A stretch of 64,000 nucleotides of DNA, taken from a virus. The stretch spans positions 32,001 through 96,000 of IMG/VR virus record IMGVR_UViG_3300048592_000244; one strand, given 5' to 3'. The notes under the pieces are model-generated. The model ran no database searches and had not been told where the DNA came from. It worked only from the letters and a program-made list of their open reading frames with translations. This document shows positions 36,613 to 46,450 of the stretch, piece after piece. The position numbers and the translations under genes were made by a program. Position 1 is the first letter of the stretch. Each line of letters starts with the position of its first letter.

Positions 36613-38621
36613 TGGCCAGCCCCACCACAATGCGAGGAGAACTGCTGCGTGAACGGAAGACGTTCAACGACAAGTTTTTCCTCACCCTTGGAGACAGCAC
36701 AGCAGGCATGTCTCCGTACAACCCGATCCAGCTTGGATTGGGCGTGACTTTACGCGTCAACACCAACAACCACGTCAACTCGGTTAGGATGACGCTCAGG
36801 CGTGTCACCGATGGCCCCTCTGAAACACCCGGAACCATTACGGTCACGAAAGTGTCCGATACTGAATGGAAAGCAGAAGGGGCCATCGGTGGTGCAAAGT
36901 TAGGATTTCCGCAGCCGCCACCGGACTACCACGTTCCGCAGTGCTTCGAGTTGACCATGCTGGTCAGGAATCGTGGCCGCACGATCACGCGCACTTTCAA
37001 CTTCTGGGTAGCCGAGGGTCCGGTCGGCACCATCGTGGATTGCATCGACAGGGAAATGATCGGCGCGAAACCGCTGGTGTGCTGCTTTGACGGTCTCAGC
37101 TTCCGTGACCCGCTGTTCGCATGGCCTGATGAGTTCGCTGCGTTCTTTGCGAATAATTTCAGCCCGGCGATGGCGTGCCTTGAGGATGAGGGCGAAGCAC
37201 TGCCACCAGACCCCGCGCTGGGTGTGTACGTCGTTGGTCTACCCGAGCCTCTGTTCGGGGCTCCTGCGCCGGAAAATCCGTGGGCGCGTGGGGCGGAGCC
37301 GTCGCCGACAGGACTGGACTACCCGTTCGAGCCGGGCTCGCCGGAGTACACGGTCAACGCCATCGACAACACTGGCACGCCGGTGGTTGGATCAATCTGG
37401 GGATTCGATTTTCCGACTGTAAGCTCGCTCTTGACGCGTCCAGTGTCGCTGTTCAACGACAAAGCATGGGTGCTTACGCCACGCGAGCCGTACACGGCCA
37501 CGACGTTCACATGGGTCGTGAGCCCCCTGTTGGATTTCAGCAACTACCAGAATGCCAAAGTCGAGTTTTACCTCTGGGATGATGTCGAGTTCGATGGTGG
37601 CGTGAAGCTCCAGTACAGCCAAGATGAAGGAAATACGTGGACAGACTTTGCCCCCGGTGACTACTCGTCACCGCTGATATTCGGCGGCCCCCCGATGGGC
37701 GTGTTTGGCGGGCTTCCTGACAAGATCGACATTCCGCAGCAGACGCTCACGCGAGTTGAAGTAGACCTGAGCCAGTTCGACGGCCAGCGCGTGCGTGTAC
37801 GCTGGTGCCACGGTCTTGACGGCGGCGTTCCTGTTGACGGAGTAGGCTCCGTAGTTTCCGGCATCAAGTATTTCGCTCAGGCTGGTCCGATCATTCAGAT
37901 GGAACAGGACATGGACCGGCTGCGTGCTGGTCATGGCGACCAGTGGAAATACCCGCGCCCGAGTGCAGTAGAACTCTGGCAGCACGGCACCATCCAGAAG
38001 GCACGCCGTGGTGCCCCTGCGGGCGTTCACCCGACACTCGGCACCGGCGTACCGAATACGTTGCTCGCTAACCCGCAGGTAGGAAATGACATCGGCGGTG
38101 GACCCGGTGGACCGAACATCGGATTTCCTCGCGGCGTGGACGGCGTGCGAATTGAATATGTGAGCGGCGAAAGCTGGGGTCCGAGCGGCAGTGACGACTT
38201 CGTGTTCGATCTCGTGCTCGACTCGTGGGCTGGCGCTGGCTACCACATCCTGTTTGGTGCCGCCGCTGATTGGGTTGGCGTGCAGGGCGGCTTTGTTCAT
38301 CTGGCTGGCGCACAGCCTGCCCACCTGATGTGTTCGATTGACCAAGCGGCTGCTTACTACGACGCGCTCACAGGAGCCGTGGCATGGCCTGCGGCAAACA
38401 CGTTGGGCGCGACCATCGGTGTAGCGGTGCCGGGCACCACGAGGATCACGTTGCGCCGGTCTACGAGCGGTATCGGCTTCCTGAACGGAGTGACGTTCGC
38501 TGTGCAGGTCATCGTCCATACACCGGGCATCTTGCCAGCCGGTGGTGCGGGATATTTCACAACGCTGTTCCCTGCTGATACACTGCGCTCGAATGTGCTG
38601 CGGCTAGTGACGGTGCCATAG
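36612..38621 (+). CDS. tail/baseplate protein with a MAM/cleaved-adhesin-like jelly-roll domain
   Basis: TAATG overlap; WVVSPLLDFS....KVEFYLW.....DGG..LQYS.D.G.TW...VDLSQFDGQRVRVRW motif. Confidence 0.7.
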   Translation: MASPTTMRGELLRERKTFNDKFFLTLGDSTAGMSPYNPIQLGLGVTLRVNTNNHVNSVRMTLRRVTDGPSETPGTITVTKVSDTEWKAEGAIGGAKLGFPQPPPDYHVPQCFELTMLVRNRGRTITRTFNFWVAEGPVGTIVDCIDREMIGAKPLVCCFDGLSFRDPLFAWPDEFAAFFANNFSPAMACLEDEGEALPPDPALGVYVVGLPEPLFGAPAPENPWARGAEPSPTGLDYPFEPGSPEYTVNAIDNTGTPVVGSIWGFDFPTVSSLLTRPVSLFNDKAWVLTPREPYTATTFTWVVSPLLDFSNYQNAKVEFYLWDDVEFDGGVKLQYSQDEGNTWTDFAPGDYSSPLIFGGPPMGVFGGLPDKIDIPQQTLTRVEVDLSQFDGQRVRVRWCHGLDGGVPVDGVGSVVSGIKYFAQAGPIIQMEQDMDRLRAGHGDQWKYPRPSAVELWQHGTIQKARRGAPAGVHPTLGTGVPNTLLANPQVGNDIGGGPGGPNIGFPRGVDGVRIEYVSGESWGPSGSDDFVFDLVLDSWAGAGYHILFGAAADWVGVQGGFVHLAGAQPAHLMCSIDQAAAYYDALTGAVAWPAANTLGATIGVAVPGTTRITLRRSTSGIGFLNGVTFAVQVIVHTPGILPAGGAGYFTTLFPADTLRSNVLRLVTVP

Positions 38622-38630
38622 GAGAGGAAA

Positions 38631-41129
38631 ATGTCGGGTACACCCGGTCTTGGAGTAAATGACCCAGAGGGATTCGCCAGTATTCTGACGCCCGATCTGC
38701 CGTTGACCATCGCGGTAGATCAGTCGGCTGGCGACGTACCTATTCCTTTGTCGGTTCTGCCCTTCTGGCGCAACGACGGAGGCTTCCGCAGCTACGGTGG
38801 TGCCACGGTAATTTCCATCTTTGACGCCGCTGGCGTTGAGGGTGTGAGCACGCCTGACATCCCGGCGATTACTGACCAGCCGATCTCGGCGCAGGGCACG
38901 TTCCAAGTCTCGAACCCGGATGCCCAGAAGCTGTACCGCATCATAGTCCGTATCCGTTCGGCAGCCAACGACCCTAATTTCCGCGACTTCATCTGCGTGT
39001 TCCGTTTGATCCTGCCGTTGGAAGTACCCATTGAGTACACCACGCACCTCGATGGCGACATTCCGACGCCGACGTACACAGGCGTGGATTTCTTCTGGGA
39101 CATGGACGCGCCTGTGGTGGAAATTCGTCTACGTGACGGCACAGGCGGCATTCAGCTTCCAAACCTCGCGGCGTCGGCGTGGCCTGCTGCGGCCAAGGCG
39201 TACATGCTGCGCCAGCTACAGAATCTGCGCGACGGCGTGCTCATGGTGGACTTCTACGCCGGTGGTGGAATTTCCGCGTCTACTCGCCGCCAGTTGTACC
39301 ACTACTATTGGGACGGTGCAGCGTGGCAATTCGCCAAGATCAGGCACCGTGATTTCCCTGCATTCGACCCGTACTCCGGCTCGGACCTTGGCGTGGCGCA
39401 GGCAACCATCGACATCGGCGGCGGCAGTGCGCAGTTGGACTTCAATTACAACGCCTACGTCTACGGCCAGCGGTTTGAGAGCTTCATTGTTGTTGGCCCA
39501 ACTGGATTTCTCAACGTGGACCCGAAAGCCATCTTGGCTGGCGGCACGATTGACATTTCCTCCATCATGGACTTCTCGATCCAGAACCTGTTCCATCGCT
39601 TCAACCAGACGGATCAGTACGTCACGATCATTGCCACGACCGAAGAAAAGATCGTCTACCGCCAGATTCCGATATGGCCGACCAGCACTGATCTCGTCAC
39701 CATCGACAACGACAAGCTCGTGCCCGGCACCACGACGCCGGTTCCCACAGACATCCTGCGGGCGCGGTTGGTTACATGGCCGTGGATTGAGTTCCCGAAT
39801 CTTTTGAATTTCCTCACCGTGCCTCCGGGCGGCGTGGGTGCAGACCCGGCAGGTACGATCTACCCGGACCTACTGACGATCAATCTCTACGACGGGCTCA
39901 ACCCCGTCCCCGTGGCTACCTACACCGACGAGGTTGATCTGTGGAACAACATGGTCGAGCTACAGCTACCGAATCAGGGCTTGACCATCCCTGTGCTGGA
40001 CGTGCGGGCGCTGCTCACACCGACCAGTCCGTTTTTCCGCATTGAAGCAGATGTCAGGACTGCACTCAGCGCCCCCGGCACAGCGTACAAGTACATCGCG
40101 GATTTTCCGCTCAACGCGAACGGCGAGCCCGAGGTTTGGGAGCGCGATGACGTGGTGCTGTCCACGATCTTCCCGACGTTCGAGTTTGACGAATGGGGCA
40201 AGGTCAAGGTCACATGGCCGGGCACCGTGGTCTCGTTCAGCACACCGATCACTTTCACCGGCGACGTGGGCTCGATGGACTTCGCGGCTCCGGCTGGACC
40301 GTTCCCTGTCACTGTGGAGTACGACTTGCGCAATGCGGTAATTTCCCGCGAGGCGGCGTACTTCAACATCAATTTCAACGCTGACGATGGCGGCGGCGAT
40401 ATTCCCTATGAGTTCAGGGTGCCGACCAACGTGAAGCACCAGCAGTTGATCGGCCCGACCGACATCAACGTCTTCTTCGCTGGCAACGTGATTGTCTTCC
40501 CGACAGGCTCGCTGGCCGTGATCGACCCGGCGTTCCCGGTGACGTTCATCGGCGACGTCGGGCAGATCGAATTGAACGACCCATCGGAAAATGTCCCGTA
40601 CTTCACCGGGCAGCTTGGAGATGGTGGTGAACGTATTTTCTCGAATCCGCTCCATCCCTATGTGGATGTTGATTTCACTAATGCTGGTGCTGTGCCGTGT
40701 CGGGTTCGTATCCCGAATACTTTTTTCGACATTCGCCAAGCTACTAAGGAGACGTTCGCGGTAGCTTCGCGTGCTCACGGCCCGACAGCCGGTGGTCTGG
40801 CATCGTCGGCGTTCGATTTCTCGGTGCCCAATGCCAAGATCAACCTCGGCACCGGCGAGATCGAGTTTGAGGATGACGGCTCCGGCTTTGCATGGAATTT
40901 CGCAAGCTGGCAGGTCATCTTGGGCAAGACCCTGCGCAGGCAGAAATTCACAGGCACGATCACGGCAGCCACGCCCTACAATATTTCCAGCATCCTGCCC
41001 ACGGTGGCGCTCAATGAGTACGTCTTCGTGGTCTTCAAACACAGGAATGGATTCCAGCGCGTGGGTGCGTATAAGATAACCAACGACTTCGAGAAGGCAC
41101 TCAGGGTAGAGATCGACGCGTTCGTATGA
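38631..41129 (+). CDS. large beta-rich tail protein
   Basis: GAGG RBS; 832 aa, P/F/I/D/T-rich multi-domain beta protein in the tail module. Confidence 0.7.
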   Translation: MSGTPGLGVNDPEGFASILTPDLPLTIAVDQSAGDVPIPLSVLPFWRNDGGFRSYGGATVISIFDAAGVEGVSTPDIPAITDQPISAQGTFQVSNPDAQKLYRIIVRIRSAANDPNFRDFICVFRLILPLEVPIEYTTHLDGDIPTPTYTGVDFFWDMDAPVVEIRLRDGTGGIQLPNLAASAWPAAAKAYMLRQLQNLRDGVLMVDFYAGGGISASTRRQLYHYYWDGAAWQFAKIRHRDFPAFDPYSGSDLGVAQATIDIGGGSAQLDFNYNAYVYGQRFESFIVVGPTGFLNVDPKAILAGGTIDISSIMDFSIQNLFHRFNQTDQYVTIIATTEEKIVYRQIPIWPTSTDLVTIDNDKLVPGTTTPVPTDILRARLVTWPWIEFPNLLNFLTVPPGGVGADPAGTIYPDLLTINLYDGLNPVPVATYTDEVDLWNNMVELQLPNQGLTIPVLDVRALLTPTSPFFRIEADVRTALSAPGTAYKYIADFPLNANGEPEVWERDDVVLSTIFPTFEFDEWGKVKVTWPGTVVSFSTPITFTGDVGSMDFAAPAGPFPVTVEYDLRNAVISREAAYFNINFNADDGGGDIPYEFRVPTNVKHQQLIGPTDINVFFAGNVIVFPTGSLAVIDPAFPVTFIGDVGQIELNDPSENVPYFTGQLGDGGERIFSNPLHPYVDVDFTNAGAVPCRVRIPNTFFDIRQATKETFAVASRAHGPTAGGLASSAFDFSVPNAKINLGTGEIEFEDDGSGFAWNFASWQVILGKTLRRQKFTGTITAATPYNISSILPTVALNEYVFVVFKHRNGFQRVGAYKITNDFEKALRVEIDAFV

Positions 41130-42901
41130 TTACAAGCCTGATTGGTACGAAGCTGGATCAGCGGACGCAGAGCCTTCAACAGAAGCCTGCGTACCAAGTC
41201 CTGCTATTTTCCCGCTGGCTCGACACGGACAGCGACATCGTGCGGGGCACCTACACGCAGACTCCGATGGACGTGACTGAGCAGGTGCAGTCAGCGTCCA
41301 TCAACCTCGACATGGAGACGGACGCGTCGTCAGCCTCCGTCACCTTCGCCATCGACAAGTTGCCGCTGGGTATTTTCTACAACAGCATCATCGTCATCCG
41401 CGAGGGCGACGAACTGGTGGACATCGCAAACTGGCCCACGACGTTCACCGGCTGGCGCATCGGGCAGCCCGGCTCATCGGAAACACTCAAGCCGTTCGCA
41501 GCTACACCGGCGCAAGGTCAGGGCAAGCGCGGCGGAGTCAGACAGGTGACAGTGAATTTCGTTTCACGCGAGCGCCAGTTCGCTGACTTCGAGATCACCA
41601 GCGACGGTGTGTGGCTGCCGAACAGCAAGCCGAACCCGCAGCCGAACTCACCACGCGACGACTACGACGACGTAGGTCTGATTGCGAAGGAAATTGCCAC
41701 AGACTCAAGTTGGGGCATGGGGCTCCAGCCTGATGAAGTGCAGATTGGGCCACTGCCGTATCGCATCGAGAAGCAGCTACAGTTTGTGCAGATTCCCGTG
41801 TGGGAAGCCCTGATGGAGCTTCTACAGGTGCTGCATTTCGTTCCCGGCGTCAATGGTGAGGGGCGCGTCGTTGTCCGCGACCGGAATATCACCAAGGCGT
41901 CCGTGCGCCAGTACCGCAGCACGCACATCGCGGCGATTTCCCAGCCTGACGCCAGCTTCACTCAGGTGAACGCTGTCATCGTCAAGGGCTTGGCTAAAGA
42001 CCTGACCGAAGTCATCAAGCCTGACCAGAAGCTGGTGTCCATCGACGGCACGTTCGGCTTCTTCGACCCGCACATGCAGTTCGAGTCGAATTGGGGCAAT
42101 GACGAGCAGCAGACATACCGCGTGAAAATCGGCGGCGCGGTCACTGATGGTAACGGAAAGACACATGAATCGCCGCGCATCAGGAAATTCCAGACAGAGG
42201 GGTTCATCACCTCTGTGTTTCCGCCTGACATCACTGACGCGAATGAGTTCTACTACAAGGTCGAGATCGAGAACGACACACTGCTGGTGATTGGTCTGCT
42301 GGCCGCCACGTTCGCCGGGTACGTCGCGGGCATGACCATCGCCGCCCTGCTGACCCCGTTCGAGACCGGCACCCCCGGCAACCGGACCACGGTGGACCCG
42401 TTGCAGGTGGTGGCGCAGACGGCGGCATCGCTCCTTCTTCTCGGCGGTCTATTCGTGCTCCAGCAGATCGCCAATTTCCAGTTTGAAATCTGGGGCGTTC
42501 CTTTTGAAACGGTCTATGAAGAACTCAGGCACGACGCCATCCTCGCGCAGTTCTCGCAGATTTCCGGTGGGCAGCCCTTCCGTGAGTGGGAACGCAAAGA
42601 CATCGAAATCAAGAACTACATTTTCAGCACTCTCGCTGATTCGCCGGTTCCTGCGTCGGGTACAGAACCGGCAGTGACAAACCCCGGCATCGAGACCTTC
42701 GCTGTAACTGAGCTTGCTATTCAGCTTGCCCAGCAGGGATCGCGTGAACTGGAGATGGTGCGGGATATTCTTCTGGAGCCAGCCGACATCATCACCGATC
42801 AGGACTCTGGCTTCCGTTACTTTGTCAAGTCGATCACCCGTGAACTGATTCGCGGGGAGTCGCCGAGCACGCAGCAGATCACTGCGTTCAGGGTGCCGTA
42901 A
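41126..42901 (+). CDS. baseplate hub / tail tip (Tal-like) protein with internal hydrophobic hairpin
   Basis: DVTEQVQSASI, WEALMELLQ..HFVPGVNGEGRVVVR, VNAVIVKG, LLEPADIIT...YFVKSITREL hub-type motifs. Confidence 0.7.
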   Translation: MITSLIGTKLDQRTQSLQQKPAYQVLLFSRWLDTDSDIVRGTYTQTPMDVTEQVQSASINLDMETDASSASVTFAIDKLPLGIFYNSIIVIREGDELVDIANWPTTFTGWRIGQPGSSETLKPFAATPAQGQGKRGGVRQVTVNFVSRERQFADFEITSDGVWLPNSKPNPQPNSPRDDYDDVGLIAKEIATDSSWGMGLQPDEVQIGPLPYRIEKQLQFVQIPVWEALMELLQVLHFVPGVNGEGRVVVRDRNITKASVRQYRSTHIAAISQPDASFTQVNAVIVKGLAKDLTEVIKPDQKLVSIDGTFGFFDPHMQFESNWGNDEQQTYRVKIGGAVTDGNGKTHESPRIRKFQTEGFITSVFPPDITDANEFYYKVEIENDTLLVIGLLAATFAGYVAGMTIAALLTPFETGTPGNRTTVDPLQVVAQTAASLLLLGGLFVLQQIANFQFEIWGVPFETVYEELRHDAILAQFSQISGGQPFREWERKDIEIKNYIFSTLADSPVPASGTEPAVTNPGIETFAVTELAIQLAQQGSRELEMVRDILLEPADIITDQDSGFRYFVKSITRELIRGESPSTQQITAFRVP

Positions 42902-43678
42902 ATGCCTACACGATTCGTTGGCGGCCCAATCACTGACAAAGAAGCCCGCAGGCTTTGGAAGGTCATTCGTGGCCTAGCCAAGAAGGAAATAAAGTCGGGG
43001 CGGCAATTCACCACCGGCGTCACGGTCGGCTCGATCCGACGCAAGGTGTTCCCCGTGGATGCTGGCCCCGGCGATCCAACGCAGATCGGCTTTGTCGTCA
43101 ACGTGCGCCTGATCGAATTTCCCGGTCAGCCGCTGGCTGTTGACGTGCTGGTTGCGAACCAAGCCCGACAGCTTGTCTCAGACGCCGCTGACGAGACCAA
43201 CACGCCGGTCATGGTGCAGATCGACACCAGCGGCAACCTGACGGTCACTGGCAGGGCTCTCATCAATACCAGTGACGTGTTCACCCGCAGCTATCACGAG
43301 ATTGACGACGTGGACGGTCTCGACCTGAGTTTCCTCATGGGTCTGGAGACGTGCCTGTTTAGTGATCTCAGCGCGGATGTGCAGGCAGGGCTCAATGCGT
43401 ACAGGGCGGCGTTGGCAATTCCTCTGCCGCCTCTGGCACCGGGCGACACGATCATCAAAGACCCGGTGATCTACTTCCACGGCCCGAATTACTGGCCGGG
43501 GTACATCGACCCGCTGAACAGCCACAGGTTCGGGGGTTTTGGCTCGATCACCTGCAAGCAGTCTTCGGCTTTGGTGCCGTGGAATGACCCGCGTTGGGTG
43601 TGGGGCGGACCACCTACCGGATGGGGCGTCGGTGTTGTATCGTGGGGCTTGACCGAAACTACAACTGTTTGCGTATAG
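42902..43678 (+). CDS. tail tip protein (spike-like OB-type N-terminus)
   Basis: Directly follows the hub gene; synteny. Confidence 0.55.
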   Translation: MPTRFVGGPITDKEARRLWKVIRGLAKKEIKSGRQFTTGVTVGSIRRKVFPVDAGPGDPTQIGFVVNVRLIEFPGQPLAVDVLVANQARQLVSDAADETNTPVMVQIDTSGNLTVTGRALINTSDVFTRSYHEIDDVDGLDLSFLMGLETCLFSDLSADVQAGLNAYRAALAIPLPPLAPGDTIIKDPVIYFHGPNYWPGYIDPLNSHRFGGFGSITCKQSSALVPWNDPRWVWGGPPTGWGVGVVSWGLTETTTVCV

Positions 43679-43684
43679 GAAATT

Positions 43685-43972
43685 ATGTCTGGCGAAGAAC
43701 CGAAAACACCGAATCTGGATGAGCAGATCGCCGAGGCGATGAAGCGGGCGCAGCAACACCCGAACATCATGGGTCAGGCCATGCAGATGACGAACATGGC
43801 CTATGCGTTTCAATTCGCGCAACACGCGAAGCCGCTGGCTGAGATCGTTCCGCTGGCGGAAGTGAATGAAAACCTCAACCGCCTGCACAATGACAAGGCG
43901 CTGATAATTTCCGTCAGCGTGATTGCTCCGAAAATGGATGTGCTCATCACGTATTACAAGATGGAGAGTTAG
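43685..43972 (+). CDS. small hypothetical protein
   Basis: AGGA RBS; fills the gap. Confidence 0.65.
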   Translation: MSGEEPKTPNLDEQIAEAMKRAQQHPNIMGQAMQMTNMAYAFQFAQHAKPLAEIVPLAEVNENLNRLHNDKALIISVSVIAPKMDVLITYYKMES

Positions 43973-43975
43973 ACG

Positions 43976-44971
43976 ATGGCGAACGATCCTCCGTTCTCTG
44001 GTGTAGGAAATGACCTTGTTCTCCCGATCACACCGGGTGATTATGTCAATGAAATCCAAGACAACTTTGCCAAGTGCAAAGATGAAATCATCGGTGTAGA
44101 CACACGGCTCAAGGCTGCAACCGGCCCTAGTGCCTCGTCCTTCATCGAGGTGCAGAAGAATGGCGTCGTCGTTCCTCAGTCTCCGTTCAAGATTCTGAAT
44201 TTCCGTGGCAGCGGCGTAAACGCTGTAGACATTTCTGCCGACCAAGTGGACCTGACCATTGAGACCGGCACGCTGGTCAATCAAGTGGCTCACGGGTTCA
44301 TCGTGCGTGATGTCCTGCGTGCTACGGCTGCTGGTTGGGTGTTGGCGCTGGGTGATGCGCTGGCGAACTCGGCTGATGCCATCGTTGTAGCCGTGATCGA
44401 CCCGGATAACTTTATCGTTTCTCGCAGTGGTCTGGTGCAGGAAATTGCTCACGGTCTTACTGCGAACACTCCGTACTTCCTGTCGAACACCATTGCAGGT
44501 GCGGTGCAGACGGCGAAGTCTGGTATCGGTCAAGGCATCCTCAAGGCGCTCGACGCGAATCACTGGTATGCTGCGCTGGATAACCTACGCACTGGTGTCT
44601 GGGGCGACGACTACCAGTCAGCAGTCTCAGCCGCACGAAGCACAACGACTTCCGCGATCTTCCAGACCAAGACCGCGTTGGTCACGCCCGCGCTGACCGG
44701 CACGTACCGTATTCAATGGTCGGCTGTAATTGACCAAGATAACACCGGCGACAGTGTGGAAGCCCAGCTATACAACGTCACTGATGCAGTCGTGGTAGGT
44801 GCTGTTGTGATTCACGAACCGAAGGATGTGGCCAATCGGTTCTATGCAGGTCAGGTGGATGAAATTGTCTTCGCAGGCGCTCCGAAGACCTTCGAGATTC
44901 AATATCGCCAGCAGGGCGGTAACACAGCAGGCATCGAGAACGCCCGCATTGAAATCTGGAGAGTGGCATGA
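43976..44971 (+). CDS. tail fibre / receptor-binding protein
   Basis: LNFRGSGVNAVD and VNQVAHGF.V.DV...W.LA.......A..IV...GL...YFLS....G fibre modules; beta C-terminal domain; followed by a fibre chaperone. Confidence 0.75.
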   Translation: MANDPPFSGVGNDLVLPITPGDYVNEIQDNFAKCKDEIIGVDTRLKAATGPSASSFIEVQKNGVVVPQSPFKILNFRGSGVNAVDISADQVDLTIETGTLVNQVAHGFIVRDVLRATAAGWVLALGDALANSADAIVVAVIDPDNFIVSRSGLVQEIAHGLTANTPYFLSNTIAGAVQTAKSGIGQGILKALDANHWYAALDNLRTGVWGDDYQSAVSAARSTTTSAIFQTKTALVTPALTGTYRIQWSAVIDQDNTGDSVEAQLYNVTDAVVVGAVVIHEPKDVANRFYAGQVDEIVFAGAPKTFEIQYRQQGGNTAGIENARIEIWRVA

Positions 44972-45570
44972 TCTACACGTACAGCATCGGCACCTATTTT
45001 CCAGAGGGCAACCTCGACACGCGCATCCTGCACGACACGATTGGAAATTCCTCAATCACGGGTGTGCTCATTGGCCTCCACACCGAAGGCGACGACCTCA
45101 AGGTGGAATTTCAAGACGCGCTCTCTGTACCAGACAAAGACCTCCTCGACGGTTTGATTGAAGCTGCGCCAAACTCAATGGGCTTACTCATCAAGGCTAA
45201 GGAAAAGAGGTACGTCGAGATCGACGAACGCACCTCCGAACTGATCGGAGAGGGGTTTACTTACGACGGCAAGATTTTCAGCTTGTCACGACAGGCGCAG
45301 TCAAACATGCTGGGTGTCAGGGCCGCCATCGCTGACTACCGGGCCTCAGGTACGCTGTCAGCCTTTGAGGCGGCGTTCTTTCCGCTGAAATTCAACACGC
45401 TCGACGACACCGATTCTACCGGGCTGGCCCTCGTAGATGATTTCCTCACGTTCTATGACACCGCGATGGGCACTGTGCGTGCCTACTTGGACGGTGGCAC
45501 CGCTCTCAAGGCAGCCATACGCGCAGCCGTAGATATAGCAGGAGTGGATGCGGTCGTAGACGAAAGGTGA
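44968..45570 (+). CDS. tail fibre assembly protein (DUF4376-like)
   Basis: AKEKRYVEIDERT..LI..GFTYDGKIF...AQSN...LKAAIRAAVDIAGVDAV pattern. Confidence 0.75.
   Translation: MIYTYSIGTYFPEGNLDTRILHDTIGNSSITGVLIGLHTEGDDLKVEFQDALSVPDKDLLDGLIEAAPNSMGLLIKAKEKRYVEIDERTSELIGEGFTYDGKIFSLSRQAQSNMLGVRAAIADYRASGTLSAFEAAFFPLKFNTLDDTDSTGLALVDDFLTFYDTAMGTVRAYLDGGTALKAAIRAAVDIAGVDAVVDER
45528..45535 (+). promoter_or_regulatory. CGTAGATA putative late promoter element
   Basis: 47 nt before the patatin ATG. Confidence 0.45.
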
Positions 45571-45574
45571 CACC

Positions 45575-46450
45575 ATGAGAGCACTGGTACTGGCTGGCGG
45601 CGGGTCGAAGGGAAGCTGGCAGGCCGGTGTGCTCAAGGCACTCGCTCATCACCCGGAATATCACTCAGGCTTTCACTACGTTGCGGGCACCTCTGTGGGT
45701 GCCCTCAATGCTGCTGCGGTGGCGATGAACACCAAGCACGACTTCCCAGAGAGCATCCATCTGCTGGAGGAAATCTGGCACAGCAAGCTGAACATCTGGA
45801 AGCTGAAATTCCCGCCGTACATCTCCGGCCTGTGGTCGAACTCCTTGGGCACCAACAAGGGGCTCAAGGACTTGCTCAACGTCTACATCGACTGCGAGCA
45901 GATCGCCCGGTCGAACGTCACGCTCAACATCACGGCTGTGAGCCTACAGTCCGGCAAGGTGCGTAGGTTCAGCGGAAAAGACCCGCTGTTGGTAGACGGC
46001 CTGCTGGCAAGCTCCTGCTTCCCCATCGCGTTCCCGCCACAGAACATCGAAGGGGAACTCTACACGGACGGCGGAGTCCGCGACGTCGCTCCACTGAGCC
46101 CGGCTATCAAGTCGGGTGCCACGGAGATCGTGGTTGTCCTGTGCAGTGACCCGGACGCTTTGGAGCACAACCCACTTTCCGCAGACCGGCTCAACCGCGT
46201 CTACAAGGTCGCCATGCAGGTCGTGGAGATCATGGCGGCGGAAGTCCTGATGAACGACATCAAGAAGTGCAATGCGATGAACGCTGAGATCGAGGAAGGT
46301 GGGGCACCGGGTAAGCGCCGGATCAAGCTGCACCTGTATTTCCCGCAGCGCCCGCTGGGAGACTCACTGGACTTCTCGCCCAATCTCATGCGCAGCCAGT
46401 ACGCAATGGGATACGCTGACGGCATGGCCAAGCTGCGCGAACTCTACTAG
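45575..46450 (+). CDS. patatin-like phospholipase
   Basis: Oxyanion LAGGGSKG, nucleophile GTSVG, ASSCFP.AFPP and catalytic DGG all intact. Confidence 0.95.
   Translation: MRALVLAGGGSKGSWQAGVLKALAHHPEYHSGFHYVAGTSVGALNAAAVAMNTKHDFPESIHLLEEIWHSKLNIWKLKFPPYISGLWSNSLGTNKGLKDLLNVYIDCEQIARSNVTLNITAVSLQSGKVRRFSGKDPLLVDGLLASSCFPIAFPPQNIEGELYTDGGVRDVAPLSPAIKSGATEIVVVLCSDPDALEHNPLSADRLNRVYKVAMQVVEIMAAEVLMNDIKKCNAMNAEIEEGGAPGKRRIKLHLYFPQRPLGDSLDFSPNLMRSQYAMGYADGMAKLRELY

Noticed and set aside
43976-45570. Diversity-generating retroelement or invertible fibre cassette
   Set aside because: No reverse transcriptase, invertase or TR/VR-like duplicate seen in the window.
45575-46450. CBASS CapV-type effector
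   Set aside because: No CD-NTase or ancillary genes nearby; context is the late operon.
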